This document shows positions 29,488 through 38,995 of a stretch of 64,000 bases of DNA, piece after piece. Under the pieces are notes generated by a model. That model was not told where the DNA came from. It ran no database searches and saw nothing but the letters and a program-made list of their open reading frames with translations. A program made the translations under genes and the position numbers. This DNA comes from Candidatus Latescibacterota bacterium (GTDB lineage: Bacteria; Latescibacterota; UBA2968), in assembly GCA_965116885.1 (NCBI GenBank), contig OZ220741.1, forward strand, positions 384,001 through 448,000. Direction: 5' to 3'. Within the stretch, counting starts at the first letter, position 1. The number at the start of each line of letters is the position of its first letter.

Positions 29488-30342
29488 CTACGCCGCCACG
29501 GCTTTCTCACCCAAATGCGCCTCAATCCACGCCTTCAAAGGCACATCTTCGGGCTTGGGTGACGTATATCCAAAACCGCCCGAAGGGCTTGCCCCCAGCA
29601 ACTGTCTGCGAATGGGATCGCTGCGCTCCATAAAATGATCCACCGTCATATTATCGCGGGGCCGCAACCAGCGGTAGCTATAGCCGTAAAACAGCGTACG
29701 CCTGGGCGAATTCCAATAATTGGTACTGCTCGAATGCCAGATACGCCGATCAAAAATAACCGCACTACCTTTCGGCACACACACCTGCATACCGCCCTCG
29801 GGCATCTCCGAGCGATTTTCGCCCGGAAACACATTGCCCAGATGCGAACCGGGAACCACAACAAAATTCCCGCGACCAGGCTCTGATGCATCCGTCAAAA
29901 AGAACGCCACCTTCAGCGAAATCCTCGGACGTGGATTCGTCTCAATATCGAGATTGAGGCGACCGCTATCCTGGTGAAACCCAAGCCCTGGGCCATCCTT
30001 CTCGAGCGACTTTCCAGAACCAACAGGCGGCGTCACAATCATGTGAGAATGATAGAGCTGAATATTCCAATTCAGCAACCCCCATACCTTCGGAAAAGTC
30101 TTATACCAATCGAGCAACTCCAAAAACAAATCATCCTGCCCGATAAAATCCAGCATATTGGACCGCTTATCTGGCCCAATACCCTCTCGCTCTCGATGCG
30201 CGCCATCCACGCGATCTACAACCGGCACCAACTCATCTACCAGATCCTCTGGCAACACGCTCTCGAGAACAAAAAACCCATCGCGCTCAAACTTCAACCG
30301 CTCCTCTTCAGTCACGCAATAATCCAGACATCTCGCATCCAT
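29488..30342 (-). CDS. PhyH family dioxygenase
   Basis: FERDGFF, FHQDS, VVPGSH, FDRRIWHS. Confidence 0.88.
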   Translation of the reverse strand: MDARCLDYCVTEEERLKFERDGFFVLESVLPEDLVDELVPVVDRVDGAHREREGIGPDKRSNMLDFIGQDDLFLELLDWYKTFPKVWGLLNWNIQLYHSHMIVTPPVGSGKSLEKDGPGLGFHQDSGRLNLDIETNPRPRISLKVAFFLTDASEPGRGNFVVVPGSHLGNVFPGENRSEMPEGGMQVCVPKGSAVIFDRRIWHSSSTNYWNSPRRTLFYGYSYRWLRPRDNMTVDHFMERSDPIRRQLLGASPSGGFGYTSPKPEDVPLKAWIEAHLGEKAVAA

Positions 30343-30423
30343 AACAACACGCCTCCTTAACTCCGTGTGAGTGGAAAACCCTCTCCCGATTCCATCACCA
30401 GAATCCTACACCTGCACATCAAC

Positions 30424-31314
30424 TCATACAACCTCCTCTTCAAGCTCTGCCAAACGCGCCTTTTGCTCCACCAGCATGCGCTCTCGCTCTCGCCGAAACT
30501 CCGTATAATACCGCTCTCGCTTGCCCGTAATGCGGTAATCCAATCGCTCGACACCCAGTGCCCGCAACACCACCCTCTCCACCAGTGAAAAATCATCGGA
30601 ATCCTCGCGATTGAAATTCATAGGCTCTTTAAACGCAACCGGCGGATTCGTAATAAAACGCGGACGCCCCGAAGGATTTGGCGCGGCAGAATGCAACATA
30701 TACGGATGAATCAGATACACATCGCCCGCATTACCCGTCGCCTCGACAAACGTCTCACATCCCTCAATCATCTTCCCAAACGAACCCGGTTCCAGCCCCT
30801 CGGGATGATCGTGCAAAAACCTCGCAACTCTTGGAACCGAATCCGACGCGAGATACGTACCACCGCTATTGGGCAACACATCATCCCAAACCACCACCGT
30901 CAACAAACCCTGCTCTGGACTATCCAGAAAATGCCGGAAAAAATTCCCATCCTTGTGCCATCCCCCGCGCTTTGCCGACGGAACCCATGGATCATCGGCA
31001 TCTTTGTGAAAATTAATAATAAACCCATCTCCCCACGAAGGCTCACCCTCGATGCGCTCTGCCCCGCCCATCACATCGCATATCCCATCCCATGCTTTTG
31101 GCGCGAGATCGGCAACTGCCCGTCGGTTCATCGACGGCATGTGAATGCGATCCTCTACCCAGGTCGTGGGATCATCCCTGTCATACCCCAAACGCAGATA
31201 CGCCAGATCGAGCCAATCCTGAATCTCCGCCTTCTCAAAACACCCCTCTAACTTCACATATCCCTTCTCCACAAAATGCGCTGCCTGCGCGTCTGTCAAT
31301 ACCTTGAACGCCAC
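30424..31314 (-). CDS. PhyH family dioxygenase
   Basis: FVEKGYV, WHKDG, AGDVYLIHPYMLHS. Confidence 0.85.
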   Translation of the reverse strand: MAFKVLTDAQAAHFVEKGYVKLEGCFEKAEIQDWLDLAYLRLGYDRDDPTTWVEDRIHMPSMNRRAVADLAPKAWDGICDVMGGAERIEGEPSWGDGFIINFHKDADDPWVPSAKRGGWHKDGNFFRHFLDSPEQGLLTVVVWDDVLPNSGGTYLASDSVPRVARFLHDHPEGLEPGSFGKMIEGCETFVEATGNAGDVYLIHPYMLHSAAPNPSGRPRFITNPPVAFKEPMNFNREDSDDFSLVERVVLRALGVERLDYRITGKRERYYTEFRRERERMLVEQKARLAELEEEVV

Positions 31315-31333
31315 AACAACCTCCTGTGCAAAT

Positions 31334-31359
31334 GGGCGGGTTGGGAAACCCGCCCCTAC
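31334..31359 (-). repeat. GTAG-type REP palindrome
   Basis: Minus strand GTAGGGGCGGGTTTCCCAACCCGCCC. Confidence 0.75.
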
Positions 31360-32276
31360 TGAACCTTCAAATGCTTCAAAAAGAACGCCAGCATCGCCTG
31401 ATTCACATTCCCCGGCGGTGGCGACCCCATCTTCGGCAAATACATCTCCACCTCAACACCCGCTTCATCGCACCGTTCTTTGATCGCAATTGCATGTTTG
31501 GGATGATGAACATAATGACCGCGATTTTGGGGCACCCCACCCCTTTGACTACAAAACAAAAACACAGGAGGGTCGTCTTTTGTAATCAACCCGCGCATAT
31601 CCACATCCGCCCGAATCTGTTTGCCCTTTTCGGTCTCCGCTTCATCAAATGTAGCCAGGCCGTAAAACGACACATTCCTGGAATAAAATTTCTCAGCAGG
31701 CAAACCGAGCACAGACTCCCATTGTAAAAAATCATAGGAAAACTGACCATTGAGAAACCCCGCCGCCACAATGCGCGAAGATTGTCGAAGCACGGGATCT
31801 TCACTATCGGGATCGGCCAGATCATCGTGAAAAGCCAGCCAAATCGAAGTCCCTGCACCGGCAGAGCCACCATAAGAAGCGATGCGTTTGGGATCGACAT
31901 GCCACGCCTCGGCATTGTATCTGATAAACTGCACCGCACGCGCCGCATCGCGCAAAATATCCTGTATGGGCGCAGTATTTTTAAACCTGTAATTAATCGC
32001 CGCAAATGAAACGCCCTTTTCCAAACAAGTCTCAACAACCACATTGCCGCGAACACGCCTTTTATTACCACTGGCAAACCCACCCCCGTGAATAAAAATC
32101 AAAACAGGTGCTGGCGCATCCGACTCTGCCCTCCAAAAATCCAGCACATTGCGCTCATAAGGTCCATACGCCACATTCTCCAGCGTGGGCGGCGTCCCTT
32201 TTCTCTCAGCCTCCTGAGCACATACACCTGTTGTCCCGATTAAAATGAAGCATAAAAACCATCTCCCAACGCGCAT
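31356..32276 (-). CDS. exported alpha/beta hydrolase (HSL-type esterase)
   Basis: Signal peptide, IHGGGF oxyanion motif, GGSAG nucleophile. Confidence 0.9.
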   Translation of the reverse strand: MRVGRWFLCFILIGTTGVCAQEAERKGTPPTLENVAYGPYERNVLDFWRAESDAPAPVLIFIHGGGFASGNKRRVRGNVVVETCLEKGVSFAAINYRFKNTAPIQDILRDAARAVQFIRYNAEAWHVDPKRIASYGGSAGAGTSIWLAFHDDLADPDSEDPVLRQSSRIVAAGFLNGQFSYDFLQWESVLGLPAEKFYSRNVSFYGLATFDEAETEKGKQIRADVDMRGLITKDDPPVFLFCSQRGGVPQNRGHYVHHPKHAIAIKERCDEAGVEVEMYLPKMGSPPPGNVNQAMLAFFLKHLKVQ

Positions 32277-32311
32277 TGCTTCCTCCTCTTTCTATATTCT
32301 GACCCCTCCCC

Positions 32312-32338
32312 CGACCCCTCCCCGACACGGGGAGGGGA
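32312..32338. repeat. C/G-rich intergenic palindrome
   Basis: CCCCTCCCCG-aca-CGGGGAGGGG; related CCCCCTTCCT-caa-AGGAAGGGGG at about 49269-49292. Confidence 0.6.
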
Positions 32339-32373
32339 GACATAACCCCACCTTCGCATAATCCGGTCTATTC

Positions 32374-33210
32374 CTAAACTTCAACCGTCCATGGAACCTG
32401 CTCCGGCGTCACCCCGTGCTCCTCTGCCCAATCAGCGAGCGGATACGTATTTGGCCTCGCGCTCAAGTTGGGATTATCGCTTAACTGCACATCCAGAAGT
32501 TGCTTTTCAATATCGCTCAAATCTGCGATCACGTCATCATCTAAATTCTCCAGATAAAAACCATTCCGAATCCACTTATAACTGTACCCAAAAATAACCA
32601 CCCTGGACGTGCGACCGCTCAAATTTGGCGACTTGGTGTGAAAAATGCGATTCTCAAAAAACAGCGCATCCCCCGCCTTACACACCGGTTGCACCACCTC
32701 GGGTGGATCCACTTCACCTCTCGGAATACCCAGCGGCTCATTGAGTACATGACTCCTCCTCGCAAACCGCGTAATCCCCGAATCCGGTCCTGGAAAATCC
32801 GTCAAACAATAACACACCTTAATCCCAACACGCGGCTGATACGCATGCCCGATCTCCTGCGTAATCCCGATATCCCGATGCCAGGAACGCATCGGCTCCG
32901 TCGTCTCGGCATCTTCTGGATCCTTGTAAATAACCGCCGTATTCTGCAAATGAATATCCGGACTCAAAAGCTGAACCACCAGAGGCACTGTCCCCGAATG
33001 GGCAATCAAAGAGCGAAAAACAGGCGCCTCCACAATCCCGTCTCGAAACTGCTTATACGCCCTTCCCCGATCATCATACGACGCCATCATCGCATCACAC
33101 ACCTCTGTCAACCGCGCAATTTCCTCAGCCCCCAGAACATCCTCCACCACCAGATACCCCTCCGCATCAAAAAACGCCCGCTGCTCATCGCTCAACTTTA
33201 CAAAATCCAT
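32374..33210 (-). CDS. PhyH family dioxygenase
   Basis: FDAEGYL, WHRDI, AGDALFFENRIFH. Confidence 0.85.
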   Translation of the reverse strand: MDFVKLSDEQRAFFDAEGYLVVEDVLGAEEIARLTEVCDAMMASYDDRGRAYKQFRDGIVEAPVFRSLIAHSGTVPLVVQLLSPDIHLQNTAVIYKDPEDAETTEPMRSWHRDIGITQEIGHAYQPRVGIKVCYCLTDFPGPDSGITRFARRSHVLNEPLGIPRGEVDPPEVVQPVCKAGDALFFENRIFHTKSPNLSGRTSRVVIFGYSYKWIRNGFYLENLDDDVIADLSDIEKQLLDVQLSDNPNLSARPNTYPLADWAEEHGVTPEQVPWTVEV

Positions 33211-33224
33211 TGTCTTTCGCCTTT

Positions 33225-33252
33225 CATCTGCGTCCATCTGCGTCCATCTGCG
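33225..33252. repeat. decamer tandem repeat (CATCTGCGTC)n
   Basis: Reverse-complement relative of the (CACAGATGAA)n repeats at 35386 and 38829. Confidence 0.7.
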
Positions 33253-33288
33253 AAAAACGCTCAAATTACTCGCGTTTTTTTCTGCGGA

Positions 33289-34029
33289 TCACACTTCCCA
33301 ATACTCCCACATATTATCCGGCGTCTCAAACTGCAACAGATTCCAATTTTTTGTGCTCATGCGACTCACCAGCGCCATCCGTATCTGATCGCTGCAATTC
33401 GACGTACCGCTATGAACCATATACCCGTGCCAGATACACGCAGTACCCGCCTGCCCAATCAACTCAACAGGTTCATTCAGATCAAAAATGCGGGTCATAT
33501 CGCGCTCGACAATACCGCCGGGATGATGCATATTGAGACCCAGCAGGGAATGCGACTTGAAAAATTCTGCCACCGTCTTATGACTACCGGGCCACAGTGT
33601 AAAACCCCCGCCACGCGGAGCCACATCACTCAAATAAACCGTCACCCCAATCGTGAACCCCACGGTAGCACGCTCGCTCTTGTTATATCCATCCAGATGT
33701 GGCAACTTAATCGCCCACTCATCGCTGCCACTCGGATACACCAGAATCGTCGAAGGATCGGCATCATCGCTCAAATCGCCAGCCAATTCCCTGCACATCG
33801 CAAACAAATCCGTTTCGTAAAGCGTTGCGCGAATCGCCGGATGATCCCCACAATCTGGACTCCGCGGCCCGGCATCTACCCAGGTCTGCGGATCATCGCG
33901 ATCTGCTTCAATATAACGCCAAAGTGTATCGACCGCCTCTTGAATTTGACCCTCACGCAACATATTGTGTCGAATGAGATAGCCATTTTCCACAAAAAAA
34001 GCTTTATCCTCAACCGTCAAAAGTGACAT
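33289..34029 (-). CDS. PhyH family dioxygenase (paralog of 28704-29465)
   Basis: FVENGYL, PHLDG, GGFTLWPGSH, WHGYMVHS; shared C-terminus KNWNxLQFETPDxMWEYWE. Confidence 0.85.
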   Translation of the reverse strand: MSLLTVEDKAFFVENGYLIRHNMLREGQIQEAVDTLWRYIEADRDDPQTWVDAGPRSPDCGDHPAIRATLYETDLFAMCRELAGDLSDDADPSTILVYPSGSDEWAIKLPHLDGYNKSERATVGFTIGVTVYLSDVAPRGGGFTLWPGSHKTVAEFFKSHSLLGLNMHHPGGIVERDMTRIFDLNEPVELIGQAGTACIWHGYMVHSGTSNCSDQIRMALVSRMSTKNWNLLQFETPDNMWEYWEV

Positions 34030-34053
34030 ACCAACCCCTTCCGGAGACTCACA

Positions 34054-35373
34054 ATGACCAAACAACCCAACATCCTCTTTTCCATGTGCGACGACCAGCG
34101 ACACGACTGCATGGGATGTGCGGGACATCCCTTCATCGACACACCTGCTATGGACCGCCTCGCCCGTGAAGGCATCCGCTTTGCCAATGGCTTCACCGCC
34201 ATACCCCTTTGCGCGCCCAGCCGAGCCAGCCATCTTTCCGGTGTTTATCCTCACACCCATCAGGCAGCGCACAACCGCGCGCCGATACGCTCCGACCTCG
34301 CAACCTGGCCCGAACAATTACAAAAATCGGGCTATCGCACGGGCTTCTTTGGAAAAATACACTACGGAACCGAAGGCATTGACCTGCCCGGTGGCGACCC
34401 CAAACCCGGCTTTGAACGCTGGGTCAGCTTTCGCGGCCAGGGCGACTACGAAGACCCCATCTTTATCATCGACGGTGAAGAAGTCAAACACCAGGGATAC
34501 AACACCGACCTCCTCGCCGATTACGTCGAACAATTTCTCGACCAAGACGACGACCGCCCCTGGGCAATCTGCCTGTGGTACAAAGCCCCTCATGGCCCCT
34601 TCACCCCACCGCCGCGTCATGCCCATGCCTATTCCGACGACGAACTGCCCAAACCCAATGCCCTGGGCGCGTCTCGCGACGGCAAAGCCAGAACTCTCCG
34701 CGAACGCCCTCACAGCTTCGAAGACAACGAACGCTACGACACCTTTATGCGCAACTACGTACGCACCGTACGCGGCGTCGATGATGCCCTGGGCCGGGTA
34801 CTCGACAAAATCGACGCCATTGGACAAACCAACAACACACTCGTCGTACACACCAGCGACCACGGCTACTTCCACGGCGAATTTGGCCTCGGCGACAAAC
34901 GCTGGATGTATGACCCATCCATCCGCGTCCCCTATCTCATGCGCTATCCCGACCTCATCGCCAACCCCGGGCGCGTAGAACACACCGACGCAATCAGCCT
35001 CGACATCCCGGCAACCATCATGGACGTATCCGGTCTCGGCGTACCCGATCACTACCACGGCCACTCCCTGCGACCACTTCTAACCAACACAGGCGAAATA
35101 CCTCGAGAAGACCTCTTCTTCGAATACTTCGAAGACCCGCCCTATCCCTATTTCCCAACAATGGTCTGCCTGAGAACCCAAACCGAAAAACTCATCCACT
35201 ACATCCGCGAAGGCGAAGGCGACGAATATTACGACCTCGTCAACGACCCCCACGAATACACCAACGCCATCGCCGACCCCGCTTATGCCCATCGCGTGGC
35301 CGACATGCAAAAACGGCTTTCAGACGCCCGGGAACGCTTTGCATTCACCGTTCCAGACCTGTCGGGCTACTAA
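34054..35373 (+). CDS. formylglycine-dependent sulfatase
   Basis: PNILFSMCDDQR, CAPSR, GKIH, TSDHG. Confidence 0.93.
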   Translation: MTKQPNILFSMCDDQRHDCMGCAGHPFIDTPAMDRLAREGIRFANGFTAIPLCAPSRASHLSGVYPHTHQAAHNRAPIRSDLATWPEQLQKSGYRTGFFGKIHYGTEGIDLPGGDPKPGFERWVSFRGQGDYEDPIFIIDGEEVKHQGYNTDLLADYVEQFLDQDDDRPWAICLWYKAPHGPFTPPPRHAHAYSDDELPKPNALGASRDGKARTLRERPHSFEDNERYDTFMRNYVRTVRGVDDALGRVLDKIDAIGQTNNTLVVHTSDHGYFHGEFGLGDKRWMYDPSIRVPYLMRYPDLIANPGRVEHTDAISLDIPATIMDVSGLGVPDHYHGHSLRPLLTNTGEIPREDLFFEYFEDPPYPYFPTMVCLRTQTEKLIHYIREGEGDEYYDLVNDPHEYTNAIADPAYAHRVADMQKRLSDARERFAFTVPDLSGY

Positions 35374-35385
35374 GCGAATTAAGTT

Positions 35386-35420
35386 AAAAGCAACCACAGA
35401 TGAACACAGATGAACACAGA
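35386..35420. repeat. decamer repeat element, 32 bp identical to 38829-38860
   Basis: AAAAGCAACCACAGATGAACACAGATGAACAC at both sites. Confidence 0.8.
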
Positions 35421-35443
35421 GTAAAAAACTAAAAGGAATACCC

Positions 35444-36943
35444 ATGATCGAACACCCCAACCTCCTGCTCATCACAACAGACACCCAGCGCTGGGACACC
35501 CTCAACTGCATGGGCAGTCCCTTTGCACATTCACCTCATGCAGATCGCCTCGCGGCCGAAGGCGTCATGTTCACACAGGGACACACGCCCTCACCGGTAT
35601 GCAACCCCTCGCGCAGCAGCCTCATCACCGGCCTGCACACCCCCATACACGGCGTATGGGAAAACGGCATGACCCGCCTCACCCACTTCCCAACCCTACC
35701 CGACCTCCTCAAAGAACAGGGCTACACCAACATCATGGTCGGCAAACAACACTTTGGACAAACCCCCGACACTTTTGACATCATCATCGGCCAGGACGAT
35801 TACAGAAAATACATCCCAAAACATGGATTCACACCCCGGGACTGCCACAAACAACCCACACCCGTACCCGAAGAACACTTCCTCGACACCTTTTTCGCCA
35901 AACAAACCATCGAACAAATTGACCAGGTCGTCAAGCGCGATTCGGGTCCCTTTTTCGCCTTCTGCTCATTCCCCGCGCCACACCCACCCGAATGTCCACC
36001 GGGAGACTGGCTCACCTTTTACGACAACTGCGACAACCTGCCCGACCTCAATTACACCCACCGCGAAGAACAAAACCAGCCCGCACACACCAAACGCCTC
36101 CTCGGCATCAAACCCGAAAACGAATGCCATCCAGGCGAAGACCCAAACACCATCACATACTGGCGAGAAGCCATTGGCCGCATCTACGACCCGCAATACC
36201 GCGACACCATCATGGAACTCCGCAAAATCTATTATGCCTATGCCGCGTACTGCGACGCTCTCCTCGGCCGCATCCTGAACTACCTCGACCAGAATAACCT
36301 TAGGGAAAACACCCTGATCGTCTTCACATCCGATCACGGACAACAATTCTTCGACCACGGCTTTAATGACAAACACAACTTCTACGATGAATCCTGGCGC
36401 GTCCCCTTTATCATGAGCATGCCAGGCACCCTTCCGCAAGGAGAAACGCGCGACTTCGCCATCTGGAACGACATCACCACCACCCTCCTCGCGGCTGCCG
36501 GCACCGAATGCCCCTCCATGCAGGGCTTCGACCTCTTCACCCCACTCGCCAGAGGCGAACAATCCCCCCGCCGCTGCGCCGTTGCCACCCTCTACAAATC
36601 CTGCGCCGTCGCCACAAAACGCTGGAAACTCGATTACTTTTTTGAAGAAGACGAAGGCCGTCTCTTTGACCGCATCAACGACCCCCAGGAACAAAACGAC
36701 CTCTACCACCATCCAGACCATCTCGAAATCCGCAACGAACTGCGCCACGCCCTCTTATCCTGGCGCGGCGACATCGCCGACCTCAAAACCGCACTGGAAG
36801 GCACAACCAAAAACAGGGGACCAAACGCCCGGGGATACACCACCGTAGCCCCTCGCATTGCCCCACACACCCATCAAATGCGCGGCACCGACGCCGAACA
36901 GCGCCTGAATGAAAAATGTGAACGGATAGACGAGATGGGGTAA
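35444..36943 (+). CDS. formylglycine-dependent sulfatase
   Basis: PNLLLITTD, CNPSR, GKQH, TSDHG. Confidence 0.92.
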   Translation: MIEHPNLLLITTDTQRWDTLNCMGSPFAHSPHADRLAAEGVMFTQGHTPSPVCNPSRSSLITGLHTPIHGVWENGMTRLTHFPTLPDLLKEQGYTNIMVGKQHFGQTPDTFDIIIGQDDYRKYIPKHGFTPRDCHKQPTPVPEEHFLDTFFAKQTIEQIDQVVKRDSGPFFAFCSFPAPHPPECPPGDWLTFYDNCDNLPDLNYTHREEQNQPAHTKRLLGIKPENECHPGEDPNTITYWREAIGRIYDPQYRDTIMELRKIYYAYAAYCDALLGRILNYLDQNNLRENTLIVFTSDHGQQFFDHGFNDKHNFYDESWRVPFIMSMPGTLPQGETRDFAIWNDITTTLLAAAGTECPSMQGFDLFTPLARGEQSPRRCAVATLYKSCAVATKRWKLDYFFEEDEGRLFDRINDPQEQNDLYHHPDHLEIRNELRHALLSWRGDIADLKTALEGTTKNRGPNARGYTTVAPRIAPHTHQMRGTDAEQRLNEKCERIDEMG

Positions 36944-36952
36944 ACCAAACGC

Positions 36953-36988
36953 AAAAGACTCGAGTACCCTTCGGCACCCGAGTCTTTT
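36953..36988. terminator. bidirectional intrinsic terminator between convergent genes
   Basis: AAAAGACTCGAGTACC-cttc-GGCACCCGAGTCTTTT. Confidence 0.7.
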
Positions 36989-37010
36989 CACTTGAAACCA
37001 GCGCATCTAT

Positions 37011-38813
37011 CTACCGGTATTGGAACTCCGGCGACCCGATCAACATACTCACCACCTGTATATCTTTGCGCTGAGCATCTGCGGGAACCATCTCTTTGAC
37101 CTCTGATGCAATAGCACTGGTATCCTGTGCTGGCAACAGCAACTTGCTATACATCGCCAATGCCTCTTCAGTCGTTGGCGTATGCTCGCTCTGCCTGGGC
37201 AACTGCTTCAGTACAACCCCCCCAATCCTGCCCATCGCCAGACGCACGCCAAAATTCAATCGCGCAATCAGCGTACCCGAATTTGCCCACGACTCGGCAT
37301 AATCCGGAAAACCCGTAGGCGGCTCATAACCATACAGCGGCTCGCCCATGCGGTAAAACCAGCCCATCAGCGGCTGTGGATTCCGTACATCGGCTTCCAA
37401 TGCACGAAGAGAACTCACCACCAGTTCTAACGGCGACTTCATCTTGCTCCGATTCTTAGCCTCTGCCCAAAACTCACGCGACTGCGCCAGCGTAGCCATC
37501 ACAGCAGCGATATCCCCATCCGTCTTGCTAAATGTCTTCGCCATCCGCACAACCAGCGCCTCGGGAGGACTGTCGTTCACAAACCGACGCGCCAACTTCG
37601 TAGAAATAAAACGCGCAGTTGAAGGGTGTTTGGTCAGCATATCCAGAACGCGCTCGCCCTCTTCTATACCACCCCCTGCCGGGAACTGCTCACCCAACAC
37701 CACCTTGGCCTTTTTATCGTGCCAGGCATTGCGGAACAGAAATTCACCCTGGCGAACGAGATTCTTATTGCCATTGGCGATTGCCTTATCGGTATTCTTG
37801 CGCCCATTGCCATAAGGCATCGCAGTCCACCCCGTCAACACACGCGCAACCTCGGTAACATCCCGCTGCGTGTATCCACCATCCACACCCAGCGTGTGCA
37901 ACTCCATCAACTCGCGGGCATAATTCTCATTCAAACCATACTTGCGTCTTGGAGGCGTCTTCGGCTTCGCAACAGCCTTCGGCGGAGCCTTCGCCATCTC
38001 GCCACCCATCATCTCACCACCCATCATACCGCCATCCATACCGCCATCCATACCCATCTCGCCCATTGCCACTTCCTTCTTTGGCTCAGGCTTTGCCTGA
38101 TTCTGCTGTGGCGTAGCCATACGCGACTGTGCATTATCCAGATAATGCAACATCGCCGGATGCTTTGCCGTCGCGCCCAAAATCACGCGGAACTTACCCA
38201 GCACATTGGGACGAATGGCATCGCGCTCATAGGTAAGCACGCGACTGCGCGCCCCACCATCGCGCGTGGTCACATTGAAGTGATTAAACCAGAAATCCGT
38301 CAACACCTCGGCGAGTTGGTTCTCGCTATACACAGCCCGCATCACCTTCTGACTCCGAAGCTCCTGATTAAAAAGCGCGTAATAAGGACGCAACCCGTGC
38401 TCCTCGCGATACGCTTTCATCTTTTCCCGCATCTCTTTGAGAGGCGTCGTCGCCGGATCCATCACCCCTTCTCTTTTCATCTGATTGCGAAGTTGACCAT
38501 CTGGCATATAGATTTCGGCTATTTGTAACTGCGTCATTTTCAACGCCGGAAACGCTTCCAATCGCTTGTCCAGCTCAGCATCTGGCAAATTGCCCTTCAA
38601 CTGCTGAGCCAGCCACTTCTCGGGACCCATCTGCGCCACTCTTTCCACTTCACCTGGCCGCGCACCAAAGGCAAAACGCTCTAAGAGATACGCCGTAGCC
38701 TGCTCCTTGCTCAGCCCTTCTTTTTTATAGGGCAATTTCAACCCGGCATCCGCCGTAGCCCCAGAAAGCAACGCACCACAGCACAAAACAATAAGTGAAA
38801 AACGAAATATCAT
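37011..38813 (-). CDS. DUF1800 family exported protein (paralog C)
   Basis: RFAFGARPGE, DFWFNHFNV, HPAMLHYLDN, NENYARELMELHTLGV, GSPEFQYR. Confidence 0.92.
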   Translation of the reverse strand: MIFRFSLIVLCCGALLSGATADAGLKLPYKKEGLSKEQATAYLLERFAFGARPGEVERVAQMGPEKWLAQQLKGNLPDAELDKRLEAFPALKMTQLQIAEIYMPDGQLRNQMKREGVMDPATTPLKEMREKMKAYREEHGLRPYYALFNQELRSQKVMRAVYSENQLAEVLTDFWFNHFNVTTRDGGARSRVLTYERDAIRPNVLGKFRVILGATAKHPAMLHYLDNAQSRMATPQQNQAKPEPKKEVAMGEMGMDGGMDGGMMGGEMMGGEMAKAPPKAVAKPKTPPRRKYGLNENYARELMELHTLGVDGGYTQRDVTEVARVLTGWTAMPYGNGRKNTDKAIANGNKNLVRQGEFLFRNAWHDKKAKVVLGEQFPAGGGIEEGERVLDMLTKHPSTARFISTKLARRFVNDSPPEALVVRMAKTFSKTDGDIAAVMATLAQSREFWAEAKNRSKMKSPLELVVSSLRALEADVRNPQPLMGWFYRMGEPLYGYEPPTGFPDYAESWANSGTLIARLNFGVRLAMGRIGGVVLKQLPRQSEHTPTTEEALAMYSKLLLPAQDTSAIASEVKEMVPADAQRKDIQVVSMLIGSPEFQYR

Positions 38814-38995
38814 TGCAAACCTCCTTGAAAAAGCAACCACAGATGAACACAGATGAACACGGATAAAAGGCAACTGCATGCAGCTATCATAAAAGTTAAA
38901 AACCCCCATTCTGGCTGGACGCCTGCTTAAAGCATATAGGCGTGACAAGATTACTGACGTTGTACCTTGCTTCACATAGGTACCCATCCACCAGT

